In this document: positions 24,570 through 38,419 of the stretch, piece by piece
Position numbering within the stretch: position 1 is the first letter of the stretch
Layout of the letters: every line of letters starts with the position of its first letter
DNA from: Octopus sinensis
Taxonomy: Eukaryota
NCBI RefSeq assembly: GCF_006345805.1
Contig: NC_043001.1
Location: 63,612,001-63,676,000, forward strand
Direction of reading: 5' to 3'
Length of the DNA stretch: 64,000 bases
Program-made: the position numbers and the translations under genes
Notes under the pieces: model-generated
Told to the model about the DNA's origin: nothing
Database searches by the model: none
The model's input: the letters and a program-made list of their open reading frames with translations, nothing else

Positions 24570-25610
24570 TGTCTATTTCCTGGCGGTCGAGGCATCTCAA
24601 GAAGTAGGTCTGGATGTATCTATACCAACGAACAAACTTTTCTGGAGTGATAGCGTCGATGTTACGCCTTGCAACCTGTTGTATGACATGTGCTCGCCAT
24701 TTTTCCATGGTCATGCCAGTTTCTTCTGCAGCTGCCTGGTCACCAACCCTTTACTGCAACTCAGCTCGAGTGGGATTCGGCTTGACAGCCGCCTTAAAGG
24801 CAGAATGCGCCATTTCCGTACAATTAAGAAACGGCGAGTAGGGGGACAGGAGTTTCAAACTTCGTGTATCGACGTCACAACGAGTGGCTGTGCGTTGTCG
24901 TAGATCAAGTAGATGGAGTTATCCGCTAGGAACATGGTACATGCTCGAGCTGTCTCCGCAATTCCTCGAAAGAGTTTCATGTAACATATCATTCGCAATG
25001 AACTGGTGAACCAGGCCGATTTCTCGCGACTCCGCGAAAGTGACGTTGCAGTTTTTCCAACGATGACAGTTCACAACTCGGCAAACAGGAACGCCTCGAG
25101 GAGCTCATCCAAAAGACCGCCTGGTCCAAAAGTTGTACCCACATTCATCAATGAATACGCAATGGCCGACGACTCTCTCTTCCATGAACCTGTGCGCGTA
25201 ATCATAACGCTTTTCCAGAGTTCTTGGGGCATTTCTTGCATCTCAGATGTTTTCAGCCAACTTTATAGTTATTAACATCCCAACTAGAGCCGGTGAGATT
25301 GCAGACACGGAAACAGGCGGCTTTCTGGGCAATGCTACCTCTAAGTCCCACTTCATCTGTTGAAGGGTTGCGAGTGGGTTGGCATCAATACTCACCTGAA
25401 GCCTGGCTCGCATTTCCTTGTCAACCTTAACATGGTGGGCTCCTCCTATGGGCAACCTGTGACGCCACCCAGCCCATAGGCAGGTCACTACTTTGGATTG
25501 GGTAGTACTCCTTTTAATGCCAAGTGTGTCTGCCAGATACAGGTAGTTTGATGTCCCTCGAAGGCGTCAACTAGCCTTGCCCTACCTTCATGGCTCCATG
25601 ATGACCGACA
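24570..25610 (-). pseudogene. Decayed DDE transposase
   Basis: HTH-like RARLVDAFEG..LGIKRSTT and NPLATLQQM; catalytic motifs CVFIDECGYN, IYDNAQP and LSPYSPFLNCTE. A deletion between the second D and the E prevents DD34E/DD37E typing. Confidence 0.8.
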
Positions 25611-25639
25611 GGTTACGGATGTTGCAATGAAAAAACTTT

Positions 25640-28600
25640 GTTTTTTTATTATCCATACGGAATAACAAAGAGAGGACAGCACACTGTGACTGGGATCGTA
25701 CACATATGATAATAAAAATTTACAATTACAATGGAATCGAATGAGACACAAGAACATTTTACATTCAAAAATTATACAATGAGGTATTAAAACAGGAAAC
25801 TTCAACCCCACGAGCCCTGTTTCTCTACCGACACCTTGGTAACCTTTCTGACGTATTCACGCAGAGCCTTTCATTCCCAAGATGCGTGCCACACGCATCC
25901 ATCGTTTATTGAACATACTCTCTGACAGGCAGCTCCTTTTGAGGCGAAAGGTGAAAACATTCACCAGCGCGCGGCCGGAGACAAAGCTGCCCGTCACAAT
26001 GCCATTCATTCTCGACTTCCATATCACCTCTCTCGCAATTGTTACTACTACGAAAAAACAATTCTTACCTTCTTCCATGAGGAACTCACGTGGGTCAATT
26101 TTTAGGATTGACTCAGACGATAGCTGTACTCTTCTCACATCTGACAACAGGTGTTCTGCATAAACCCACACTTCTGACACTCTCGGACACTGCACAATAA
26201 CGTGCAGGACAAGTTCCACGTCCCGCTTGCATCTTGGACAGACCGACGGCTCAAGGTGGCCGTGTCTGGTGAGCTTATCCCGAACTGGTAAGGCTCCTCT
26301 GTAACACTGCCAGGCCAAAGACTTTTGGAAGTTATCCAGTATCTTTGTCTTGAATATCCTTCGGAACAGGCTGTCTTACTGATTATCATCAAGACCCAGA
26401 TTCCTAGCAACTTAACCGGGCCCCTCCGTCCAGCGTCCCACGACACTATTCGAAGGCATCGACTTGCCCGTCCAGGTGCCGAGTTGCAATCCGACCGACT
26501 TTTCCCGGTAAATTTTTGCTCCTGTCACTGTCTCGTAAACCTTAATAGTTTCGCCTACTTTCTGTAGGTGTTCCATCTTGGTCACGATGATAGTGATGTT
26601 ATCCGCGTACGCTGTAACTGATCTTCCACCTTCTGGTTTCGTCGGGATGCCACTCAAATTTCGCAGTAATGGCGGACACCCTTGGCGAACCGATCGTTTG
26701 ATGCAGAACGGCTTCGAGAAAAATCACTTCACCCGAACTATCGAGTCGATATTGTCGTACATCTGTATGATCCACCCGAGGAAACCAATACCTATTCCGA
26801 ACCGCGCGAGCACGTAAAACAAGTAACGATAGTCTACCCTATCAAATGCTTTAGCTTGATCTAAATGGACCAGTGCCCCACCTTTGCCAGAATTATTACC
26901 ATACCCTTCTACAGTGTAGCGTATTAGATGAAGATTATCCTGGATGTTTCTGCCAGGTACCGCACAGGTTTATGCCTCCCCATCAGGCCATCCGCGACTC
27001 CCGTCAATCTTTTTGCTAATATCTTGGCCAAAATCTTCACCTCTGCGTTCAGCAGAGTGATGGGCCTAAAATTATCTATATTATCCTCCTTGTTCGGGTC
27101 CTTCCTGACCAGCGTCACTACTCCCCGGCGCATAACTCTGAGAATTAACTCATTCTGTTGCCAGTACGTACCCGTCTGGCATACTTTTATATAGCTCGTA
27201 CGTTAGACCATCGAGTCCCGGCGCCTTACCACCGCCGCAGTCCGCTATGGCACCAATCACTTCCTCTGGTGTAATCGACCCTTCACAGCGCTCTACATCC
27301 CACTCCGAGAGGCGCGGCAGCCCAACGAGGAAGTCCGTAAAGTCCGTCCTACTATCCGGTCCATCGCACCCCTCGAAAAGCTGGGCGAAGTGCTCCTGAA
27401 AGGCCCGACACATCTCCTCGGGTTCGTTTATCACTGATTTCATAATTCTTCAAAGATCGAATTATGAAATCATTTCCATGTTGAGGTTCCACAACACGTG
27501 CCCATCCAGCGGCCTTGATTCCCTCGCTCCCCATTGCACGAAATCTAGCTCTGACGATACACCCCATGTGTTTGGCTCCTGTACTCCTTAATCGTCAAAA
27601 GGGACTTATTGAGTTTCCAGTAGCTGGAACCCTTACTACATAGCTTATCTAGGTACAGTTTACAAGTGACCTTGTGGTCACTGTGACTGACCATGTGCTA
27701 TTGTGGACACGTAACTATACCTTTGTCTAGTTTTCTAATAAAAATACTATCTATGTAAGACCTCGAAGACCCGTCGCTATTTGACCATGTCCACAATGGA
27801 ACGGCCGGGAATTCTAGTTTGTAGAGATCTACTAGCTGAAAGCAACTTAGATGCTGGAAGCCACTGTTAGGTTTCCTATCAGAATTTGAGCCAACACTAT
27901 CCACGCGTACATCGAGAATAGTGTTAAAGTTTCCTAACACAGCTAAAGAACGTAATGTGCCTAGAAATTTCTCCAGCTCTCGGTAATAATCAGTCTGACT
28001 CGAATTAGGTGCATAAACCGGGACCAGCCTGATTTCCTTACCATAACTGAACGCCAAGTCTAAGACGATCAGATCTAAATGGACCAGTGCCCCATTGGAT
28101 CAGAAAAAATTAACTTTTTCTCTGAAACTCGGTTTCTTTTAAGTAGGACCAACACCCCACCTCCGCCATCGGCCGGCCTGGAGAAATGAATACCTCGTAG
28201 TCTTTCAGGAGCGTGAGCAGACCTTTTGTCCTTTTAACCAAGTTTCAGTAGCAACAATAACATCTAAACATTGTTGCTGACGTCATTTAGGAAATGTTTC
28301 CAGCTCGACGTCAAGCCACGCACATTTAAATAACCTACGCGAACAGCCATAAAGACTTACCTTTTTAGTCGGTGTCTTGAGGCGTGGAGAATCCGCCTCT
28401 TCTCTTTCCGGGGCTCGTAGCGTCGGAGTGATGAGGCCCTCATACATTTCTAGGTTAAAGTCCAACCTGGGAGGGCCAACATCTTTACGAAAGTCATTAG
28501 CAAAAATGCTAATAAGTTTTCCGATTTGTTTTGAAAAATTCAATCCCTTCCTTCTAACTCTCTGCTTCCTCAATTTTTTCTGCAGAGACAATTGCTAGAC

Positions 28601-29886
28601 GGTTCACTAGATCTCTATTCGAGATTCGAACCGCCATGTAGCAACTGTCTTCTTTTTTCTTTTCAGGCTTTCTCGGCTTCTTAATCTGCCTCGTCTCTGT
28701 TTATTCTTTGTCTTTTTTAGGGGAGGGTGGCTTAATTTTTCTCTTGTTCTGCACGAGAGCCCATCCCTACCCTATTTTTCTTTCTGGCATTGGTGTTCTT
28801 CTACTGGTATTGGTGTTTTCTGCTCCGGCGTCGCTGGTTCAATTTCTACCATCTCCGTCTCTTCTTTCTTCTTTTCAGCCTCTTTGAGCTTACAATCTAC
28901 CCTGAAGTGGCCCTTCTTGCCACACTGGTGAATTTCTAATGTCACCACCGGACGGATCTCACCAGCCTCGAAGGTCTCAATAATTTCTTCCAGTGTGGTC
29001 TGTTCGGCTTGAATTATAAATACACATACTCTGCCCATGCCAATTTCTTGGTTCCATCACGGCAGCTTCCAGGACTGATATTTTATCTTCCAATCCCATC
29101 GTCACTGCCGCGACGAGCCACTCTGTGTCCACCTCAGGGGAAATATTGTTGATTGTAATCTTTGACGTCCTTCTACCCATATATATAGGTAGAAGTACCA
29201 CCTCTTCCGTTCCACTAAATGGAGTCGAGCTTCTTCCTCTGTCTCCATCCGCACCTCCACCGTCGCGTACCTTCTACCTCTTGCTAGGTACTTTATCTTA
29301 TGCCAAAAAGGCTTTAGACACTTCTCAATCTCTGCCTCTAACATCTAATCCTCTTATTTTTTACCTTGTAAAACCATAATATAAATATTATGGTTTTTTC
29401 TCTATATCTCCGTGAATACTTTTTGGAGGGGGCCGCTGTAATTCCGTGCCCCTGCCTTGTCAACATTTGTTTGTGTTCTTCCACATTAGCCAAATTAATC
29501 TTTCTAACTTTAGCACCTGCCACGATGACAAAGTCTAAGTTTTTTCTTTCTTTTTCTCTTCTTTCTCTTTCGACATTAAACTTGGTGTATCAATGTTTTC
29601 CTTGTAGTAGCCGACATTGGTCTCATTCTCTCCTCGTCTGAATCTAGTATAATTTTCTTTACACAATTCTTTTCAATCTCCTCCTCACTCAAGCAGCTCC
29701 TCTCCTCAACCCTCTGCTTTTTTCTGCACGCCATATTATAGGCTTTCCCGCGCGGGGAAAACAATAATTGTTTAACAAACAATTAACAATACTATCAACA
29801 GTTCAAGAAAAACCAAACAATTCAACAATCAACAAAAACGCTCACCTCCAAATAAACTGCCAAGTAAGTACAGACCAAAGAACACA
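25640..29886 (-). mobile_element. Tx1/L1-clade LINE, family B, decayed, with an approximately 21-bp TSD
   Basis: ORF1 fragments homologous to family A (LKPFW, ATVEVR, MGRR, WLVAAV, HQCGKKGHFRVDC). ORF2 fragments VYAPN, APGLDGL, NFRPITLLN, AYADNI and WQCYRGALPVRDKL. TSD ATGTTGCARTG(G)AAAAAACTTT at 25619-25639 and 29887-29908; AATAAA plus an A tail. Confidence 0.9.
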
Positions 29887-30516
29887 ATGTTGCAGTGGAA
29901 AAAACTTTCGTGGACAGGAGAGTCACGTAACTTATTTCTTCCTTGTAACTATAACAACATAATAAAATTTGCACGACAAAATATGTCATTTAAATTTGCC
30001 ATTTTTAACATTCACTTCTTAGAATGTGAGTAAAAAGGCACATGTAAAATTTGTTCTAAATTGAATAACTTATTCCGAACTCGAATGCTCGAAAAGGCGC
30101 TACCTCACATTCGGTAGCATTGAATGCTCTCCGCGGGTATTTTAATTTGAATTATGAAAATGCTAAATTCTTTGACTGAAGTGCGTAATTGAATGATCGA
30201 AAAACGAATTTGAATGACTAACTTCATGGCGCTAATTTTTTTCGCGACTTTGAATCAGCCGATTATCAAATTGAATGATAAACGAATGAAAATGACTGCA
30301 AAAACCTATATTTATAATGATTCCATCTAATTCCAGTACATAACTAGTACTTATTTTCCAGAACCCGGGATAAATGAAAAGCAAAATTAATCTGGGAGGA
30401 GGAGGGGGATGAAAAGGAGGGAAAGAGGCGGAGGAAGAGGAGGGAAATAAGATGAGGGGGGATGAGGATAATGATAACGATGAGGATTATTATTATTATT
30501 GTTGTTGTTGTTGTTA

Positions 30517-31370
30517 TTACAGACGTCACACAGTTTACAATATTGTTAAGTTGTTGGCTGAAGATATTGTGTCTACTGGGGGTCTGTACTGTTTGTCAAG
30601 TCACAACAAGGACCTCAGACACACACTACTTTACGCAATATGCGTGCAGTTCCAAGTAATGCCGACTTTTGCAATACATGCAGATTGTAGGGTATCTCTA
30701 AGGTTTTCAGATGTTTTTTTCAGATTGGGTGGTATTGAACCCAATGCTCCGATGACATTAGAGATAACTTATATGTTCGACTCTCGTAGCTGCCACATCT
30801 TAGCGATCTCAGTTCTTAAGTTTCCATATTTATTAGCTTTTTCTTTTTCTTTCATGATAACATATTGATCTCCTGGCACTGCTACGTGATTATTGGGCAG
30901 TCTTGTTTGTCTCTCTTAAAGGTTACTATATCCAGTCTTTGGTGCTCTAACATTTCGGAAATCAAAATCCAAAAGGATTTTTACCTTCCCCTTTTCGTCC
31001 ATTACCTTTTCCGGTGTATGTTGGTACCGAGCACCCGTTACCTCATATCCATATTTTCGGCATAGTAGCCAGTGGAGGTTTTGGGTTCCTTTGTCGTGTC
31101 TACTTTTGTACTCTTTCTACGCAAGACTTTCACAAGCACTAGCAAAGTGAATCACACTTTCGACCCTCTTCCCACACATTCTGTAGTGGTCCGATGCACT
31201 TGTATCACATATATTCTTTTTCACTGAGTTGGTATTCAATGCCTGGTCCTGGACCGCATGATTAGGCTTTCAAGTATTCTCTATTAGGTCACCTTTGTTG
31301 AGCCATCTCCATGATGCTTCCTGGTCTTTTAATTTGCAGGTTTCACAGTGGAACTGACCATCTAATTCCA
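30517..31370 (-). mobile_element. Old R4/Dong-like LINE 3' remnant
   Basis: The minus strand reads IGALGSIP..LQKSALLGTARILRKVV near 30620-30755, with degraded endonuclease and knuckle sequence upstream and a microsatellite tail. Confidence 0.6.
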
Positions 31371-31460
31371 TGCAGAGTTATTATCCTCCATCTCCTCCTC
31401 CACCTCCTCCACCACCACTCCTCCTCCTCCTCCTCCTCCTCCTCATCATCATCATCATCA

Positions 31461-31538
<78 letters not shown>

Positions 31539-31542
<4 letters not shown>

Positions 31543-33234
31543 TAGTTTTATTTTTATAGCGTGCTTTCACTTCACTACCGAGCACAGCTCTGTGTGCCTT
31601 GGGTATGTGCTGTGATTTGTTGTGATGCTCTAATGGTTATTGTATGGAAAGTGTTCTGCGTAGGATGTGTGCAGTGCCTAGTAGTGCAATTTTCTGTATG
31701 TTATATGTGTTTGTTATATGTGTATGTTATATGTGTATGTTATGTATTTGTCTGAATATTTTTTTATCATGCCTAATGCACCTACTATGATAGGAATTGT
31801 TTCTGTTTTCAGATTCCACATTCTAGTTACCTCTATTTCCAGGTCTTTGTATTTTGAGAGTTTCTCCATTTCTTTTAGAGGCACGTTGTCATCTGCCGGT
31901 ATTGATACATCAATTAGAAAGCATTTTTTTTCTTCGTGATCTCTGACAACTATATCTGGTCTGTTGGCCTTAATTTCTCTATCTGTGTGTATCGGCATAT
32001 CCCAGAGTATGGTTGCTTTCTCGTTTTCTGTGACCTTTTCTGGCGTGTGCCTATACCATCTTTTTTCTGTTGTTATTCCATAATGTTGGCAGAGCTTCCA
32101 ATGTATGTAGGTTCCAACTCTGTCATGTCTGTGAATATATTCCTTCTTAGCCAAGACTGGGCAGCTAGAGTTAATATGATTTATTGTTTCTTGTCCATCT
32201 CCACATATTCTGCAGTTACTTGTAATATTTCTTTTCATTACATGTTTTTGGTAATTTCTGGTGGGGAGGCTTTGGTCTTGTGCTGCAATTAAAAATCCCT
32301 CTGTCTCTGCTTTGAGTCCTGAGCTTCTCAACCATTGCTGGGATTTTTCTTTGTCTATTTCTTTTGCGTTTAGTTTAGTGCAGTATTTACCATGAAGGGG
32401 CTTTTCTTGCCATCGTTTTATCATGGTTCGTTGCTGTTCTATTTTTAGTTTGGATTTCATTTGTTTTATAGCTTTTGTTGTTTCTTCATCTTCTTCTTCT
32501 TCTTCATGTTTATTAGGTGGTATGATTTCTTGTTTGTATTTGTCAGCTTCCTTAAATACTGAGAACAGTTTTTTGTTTTGCTCGTGTTTTGCCGCCATCT
32601 GGATCAGTTTTCCTTCCTTCTGAAGTAGATATTTTTGCAGTCCTATGGTGGTTATTTTATAGTAGTTTTCCAGCTGTATAAGGCCTCTACCACCTTCTAT
32701 ACGTTGTATATATAGTCTTTCTATGTCAGATTTTGGGTGATGCATCCTAGATCCTGTCATTATTTTTCTTGTTTTCCTATCTATTTTGGTCAGTTCATTT
32801 CGTGTCCAGTTAAGGATATTGTAGCTGTAACTTATAACTGGGATAGCTAAAGTGTTGATACCTATTATCTTGTTTTTAGCATTGAGCTCTGTGTTTAGTA
32901 TTGATCTAACTCGTCTATAATATTCTTTTTTTATTTTCTCTTTCATTTGTGTGTGTTGTGTCTTATCTAGTTCATGGATTCCTAAGTATTTGTAAGTTTG
33001 GCTTTGGTCTAATTCTTTTATTTCATTGGTTTTATCTAGTGTGATGTTGTTACTCTTAACTAGTTTTCCTCTTTTCATGGTTACTTTGGCGCATTTTTCT
33101 AATCCAAATTTCATATCTATTTCTTTGGTAAATCCATGAACTGTCTTTAATAGTGTTTCCAGCTGTTTGTCATTTGCAGCGTATAGTTTTAGGGCATCCA
33201 TATATAAAAGGTGGCTGATCGTTTTGCCGTAACA

Positions 33235-33237
<3 letters not shown>
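31539..33237 (-). mobile_element. R4/Dong-like family A 3' half (copy 3), long open frame, YMDD mutated to YMDA
   Basis: ORF 31714..33483, whose real part starts at KCYGKT. Motifs CRICGDGQETINHINSSCP, RHD and RPDIVV..LIDVSIP. Flanked by (TAT)n on both sides; near-identical to 13387-15097 in the opposite orientation. Confidence 0.95.
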
Positions 33238-33318
<81 letters not shown>

Positions 33319-33321
33319 TAT

Positions 33322-33480
33322 CGTTAGCACACCGGGCGAAATACTTAGCGGTGTTTCGTCTGTCTTTACGTTCTTTATCGACGCTTCGGGGTCAGTTGCG
33401 TACTGGGGACGATCAAACCGACTGGCCCCTCCCCACCAAATTTCAGGCCTTGTGCCTATAGTAGAAAGGATTATTATTAT
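33322..33480 (+). mobile_element. Internally deleted tRNA-SINE with the type-II tail
   Basis: CGTTAGCACACCGGGCGAAAT..CTGGGG..AAATTTCAGGCCTTGTGCCTATAGTAGAAAGGATTATTATT. Confidence 0.8.
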
Positions 33481-36400
33481 CACTTTTGTTTGAAGCCTTT
33501 CAATATGATGCCTGGCCTATTTGCATCTATCTTTCTGTCAGTTTGAATGGTGAAGTTCCAGAGGAGTGAGATGTGATCATTTTCAAGCACTGGAGGTGGT
33601 TTGTGTTCCCACCAATTTTTATCATGGGGCAAGTCCAGGCATTTGCAAATTACCCAGTGAATATATTGTGCAGCTCTATCATGCCTGTTGAGATACTCTG
33701 TAGGCGCAAAAAGACTGCGCTTGGAGACAACATGATCAATGGTTTCATTTTGTTGTTGACATACACGACATGTTGGGCTACTGCCGTTCTTTAATATGTT
33801 GGCCTGGTAGTTCCTAGTAGGTAGGCATTGATCTTGAGCTGCTATGATAAACCCTTCTGTTTCAAATTTTAAGCCAGCGGCCATTAGCTATTGATGGGTC
33901 AGGGCTTTGTCAACATCGACATTATTCGCTCTCTTTGGGTATTTGCCATTGAGGTTTTTCTTACCATTTATCATTCAGAATATCTAAGGCAGCAGTTTTG
34001 GCACGGGTTTTCATGCGCTTAGCTTTTTCTGTGCTTGTTTCTTGTATGTCTAATTCCGGAATTTGTTGTATTCGGAATTCACTTAGATATTCCTTTGCCT
34101 ATTTTGTTACTCAGTATGATGCTTTCTTGTTTTCATGTTTTGAGATAAGTTTTAACATCCAGTCCTCAAAGTTTTTCAGGTAGGTGTCTAGGCCAATTGT
34201 GGCAATCTTCATTGTTATTGCAAGTTGTAAAAATCCACGGCCTCCCTCTTTTCTTGGCAGATAAAATCGTTCTATATCTGCCTTATCAACATTGTCAACA
34301 GTTTTTGTATTTTTCTGTCAAGATTACATATTTCAGTAATTGACCAGTTAACGATATTGAAACTGTAAGTCACGACTGGTATGGCTAAAGCATTGATCGC
34401 TTCGATCCTGTTTCTCGCATTCAGCTCTGTCTTGAGTATTGCTCTTACTCTGCGATAACATTCTCTCCTGATCCTTTCCTTCATCACTGAATCCTTATTC
34501 CGTCCCCTTCAATTACCCCTAGGTACTCCTGGGTCCAACTCTTTTATGACATGCTGCTGGTCAAGGTTAACGTTAGATGTTTTTGTCATTTTTCCTTTGA
34601 TAAAGGTAGCTTTTGCACATTTATCGAGGCCAAATTGCATCCTGATGTAATCACTAAATTGTTTAACAATCGCTAGTAAGCTCTTGAGTTGTTGGTCAAT
34701 TTTTGCAAAGAGCTTTAAATCATCCATGTAAATGAGATGATTTATATTGTTATCAAACATTTTATATCGAACTGTGCATCATTGAGAAATTTTGAGAGAG
34801 GTATTAAGGCTAAACAAAAGAGAAGTGGTGATAGTGAGTCACCCTGGAAAATGCTACATGAAATTTTTACATCGCCAGCATTTAGAGATTCATTGTCACT
34901 GTTCAAAGTTAGTGTGGTTCTCCATGATCTCATACTTACAGAAAAAGTTTCGCAGAGCTGGCGCTATTTTATACATTTCCAGACATTTCTTAATCCAGCT
35001 ATGTGGTAGGCTATCAAAAGCCTTTTTATAGTCTATCCAGGCTATTGACAAGGTTTTGTGTCGTTTGTGACAATCTTCTAAGATTATCTTATTGATGAGT
35101 AACTGATCTGTACAACCATAGGATCCACGTTTACATCCTTTTTGCTCATTAGGGAATATGCTGCTTTCTATTAAAAATCTATAGGTATATTCAGTCAGGA
35201 CAGATGTTTGCGTTTTATACATAGTTGTTAAGCAGATTATGGGTCTATAGTTTTTTGGTTCATTTGTTTCTTCACTTTTTGGAAGCAGGAATGTTAAACC
35301 ATTGACTAGCCAAGAAGGCATCCTACTAGGGTGTTGCAAAACATCGTTGTAAGGTTATGTTAGCAGTTCATGTCTCCCTGGGAAGGCATTCAACCTGAAG
35401 TTAGGAATTTTATTCTTTCCTAGAGACTTCCATTTGCTTGACATCCTGAGAGCAGATCTTATATCTTCTACCTTGACACTCTCCCACTTTTGCTCCTCTA
35501 AGGAGTCCAAGTCTGTAGATATTCTATCAGTCCAGGGAGCCTTTTGGTTGTGTGTTTTTTCTTCTGCCCAAATTTTATTCCAAAATCCCTTCACTTCTTC
35601 TTTTGATGGTACAGACTTTACAGTAACTGGTGTTTTCCCTATCTCCCTGTAAAAATTGTTGGGGTTATTTTGAACATGTTGTTGTCTTTGAAGAATCTAA
35701 CATGCTTTTCATACCTCGCTACGAGGGCAGATTTAGCACATACCTTTTGCTTGATGGTTTCTATGGTGGCATCAATGTCAAGTCTGGTTTTCATATTATA
35801 TTTTTTCTTTAGTTTTGGGGGTTTTGTAGGTTTGGTAGTCTTGTCAAACTTAAGACTTTTTAAACATTCTATGTCAGACCGAAGTAGCTTTATTTGGTGT
35901 TGGATACGCTCTTGCCAAGAAGGCTTTTTGTGGGAATGTTGCCATTTTTTAATCTTTTCACTACATAGTATCGTTGAGATTTTCGCGGATGCATAGTACA
36001 GGTGGTTGAGATCTGTGATATCAAAATCATTAGCTGAAATGATATCCTTAAGTGCAAGGCGGATTTTGCCAATTATTTTCAGGTTTTGGTTAGAATTGCG
36101 GATTTTTGGGAGAGTATCGTGTTCATCCATACTGGTTTCTTTAATTTTCAGCCATTCAATCATGATTTGATTTTTTAGCTTATGTAGTTCTGTAGGGTCA
36201 ATATTTGTGTGACTTTCTTTATCTATTTGATTTTCGTCCGTCTTAGTGTTTATGATTGGTTCAGGGAGTATTTCACTTTGCCTATCAATTACATTAACTC
36301 TTTCAGTCATTACTGCGTTTTTATCAGCTCTGGGCTGGTCTATAATTATTTCCTCTGTATTATCTTCTTTAGCTGCAGCTTCGTTCTTTTTATCCTTTAC

Positions 36401-37497
36401 TGCTTGTTTAATTTGTTTAATTTGGTCAATCTCTACTTCAGTCAGTATGTTTTTTTTCATAATGTTTCTTTTGACGTTGGCAAGTTTGTTACTGTCTATG
36501 TAGGGTCTTACTTCAGAGTGTTTCTGTCTCCAGTTTAAATAGATTTGTACAGTATTAGATTTATCTGTGGAGAAATATATGGCATGGTAGAAGGCCGTAA
36601 GAACTTCTTTATTATCTTCCCTAGACCATTTTTCATTCTTTTTCTTTTGGTTATTTGATGACGGGCATGGATGGCCATCTGTTGGAATATTCCGGTTGTG
36701 AGGTACGTCCAGCTCCTGTATGTCGGGAAGATTTGAGTTGGTTTTACAACACGAATCTGGTTCAGCATTCGAGTATGTGGTCTTTTGTAACCCGATCGCT
36801 GACCATTACGGTTTGTAATTTGTTTTGTTAACTGTGAGACATGACGAGCTTCGACGCTAACATTAGGAGACGGATCTGTCTGTTTAGGGTTAGTTTTTTG
36901 CGACAACACCGTCTCCGTGTCCTCTGCATGTAAACATCGCTCGTAGCGTAGCTTCTTCAGGCTAACTGATCTGTATTTGTCTGTATTTTTTTGTTGATAG
37001 ATTTATCTCCGAACATAGTTTCTTTTTGTAGTGTTTTTAAACTTATGAAGAAAAAACATTTTGATTTTGTTTTTGCTTCGTTTGTGACACGTGCTTTCAT
37101 GTGCGTGAGTGTGTGTCCAGTAAATTTCATGTAGTTGTGTAAACATTAGGATGTATGTGTAGTCCTATGGTTATCAAAATGTATATATGATTGTGTAGAC
37201 AATCGAGTGTATGCGTAATTACTCAATTTATGTACTCACTATTTTGGTCCGTTTCTATTTTATAATTTGTAAACTTTCCGGTTTTGATATCGCGTGTGTG
37301 TTTCGCACATGTTTCATTGAGACACCGCGCGTTGGAGAAACTGTGCTTTGTATGGCAGTAAAATTTCGTTTTTTTTTTTTTAGTATTTTCGTTAAAAGCC
37401 GCTTCCTTCAAGTCTTCCTCAGGTTTCTTTATCTAGTTCCATCGATGTTATTGGATTAGATTTGTTTTTGAATGGGGAGCCCGGTTTAGTACATCCA
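33481..37497 (-). mobile_element. R4/Dong-like RLE LINE, family C (3' end missing, decayed)
   Basis: N-terminal KWSRED Myb-like start, KPSWQERI, NYRPIICL, WIDYKKAFDSLPH, IFQGDSLSPLLF, IYMDDLKLF, CRVC..HVV, RHD and NRPG. Assigning 36950-37497 as the 5' UTR is tentative; it ends at (TAT)n. Confidence 0.88.
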
Positions 37498-37549
<52 letters not shown>

Positions 37550-38258
37550 GGAGTACGTATGGTGTCTAAACTCAATCATCATGTGGCTAGTAAACCCTGG
37601 TTTCTTGACAAAGTACTCAGCACCTATACCCAGGGAGTACCGTGCCGTTCTACACTCCTGCGTGAAGTGAAAAATATTACTGCAAAACCAGATGAGATTG
37701 AAGTGGAATTGTGTGATACGACCTGTCACCGGCGCTGGATTTACTCTGGTAAGGCTGTACATTGTTGTCTGATAAGGAAGAGTTGTAGTAGACTCGGTGT
37801 TTAAGATCTGGATGGTAGGCCCAATACCTCGCACCTGATAAAGAATAATGGGGTTTTCATGCAAGTCTCTGGCGGAAAAGTATCTTCACATTTACTACTT
37901 GCATTCCATCCGATTCACACTAGGTAAATCTCCTAAAAAATATTCTTTTCCAACTCACCAGGTTCACTACCACGGATCACACTTGTCAGGTGCGAATGCT
38001 CTTCGATCACTCAAAACCATCATGGCGAAATAAATGCTTTTCAGAAGCAATACGAAAAGGCGATGGATTCGTGGTAGCGGATAACGTTCTTTTTCTTTCT
38101 TTTTTACTTGTAATTGATGACGGACGAACGTAAGTGCTAAGTTCAATTACCGCTAAGGCCGACTTTGCCTTCCGATAAAATAAACATATTTATTCATCCG
38201 AGCTTGGAATTTTTAAAAGCTCCGTATTCTCAGTTATTCATTTTTATTTATTATATTT

Positions 38259-38309
<51 letters not shown>

Positions 38310-38419
38310 TTATTTGATAAAAGTTTGATTCAGCTCCATGCATCTTAAAGTGTGCTGAGTGTCACCATCTTTCTTTTGTTCACTCATATATATATATTTA
38401 TGTGTATGTGTATTTATGT

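Larger units (their letters stand above)
23930..30308 (-). mobile_element. Tc1/IS630-superfamily DNA transposon (about 190-bp TIRs, TA TSD) interrupted by a Tx1 LINE
   Basis: TA|TAGGTTTTTGCAATCATTTTC.. at 23930 and ..GAAAATGACTGCAAAAACCTA|TA at 30308. The TIRs match to about 24118/30120. The boundary is ambiguous by 2 nt because of TATA. Confidence 0.9.

Noticed and set aside
31714-33483. 589-aa intact protein
   Set aside because: The first 83 or so residues come from a SINE and (ATT)n read-through. The rest is a 5'-truncated LINE with the catalytic YMDD changed to YMDA.
37550-38030. Another (AAT)-tailed non-coding repeat on the minus strand
   Set aside because: Single copy in the window with no diagnostic motif, so it cannot be classified.
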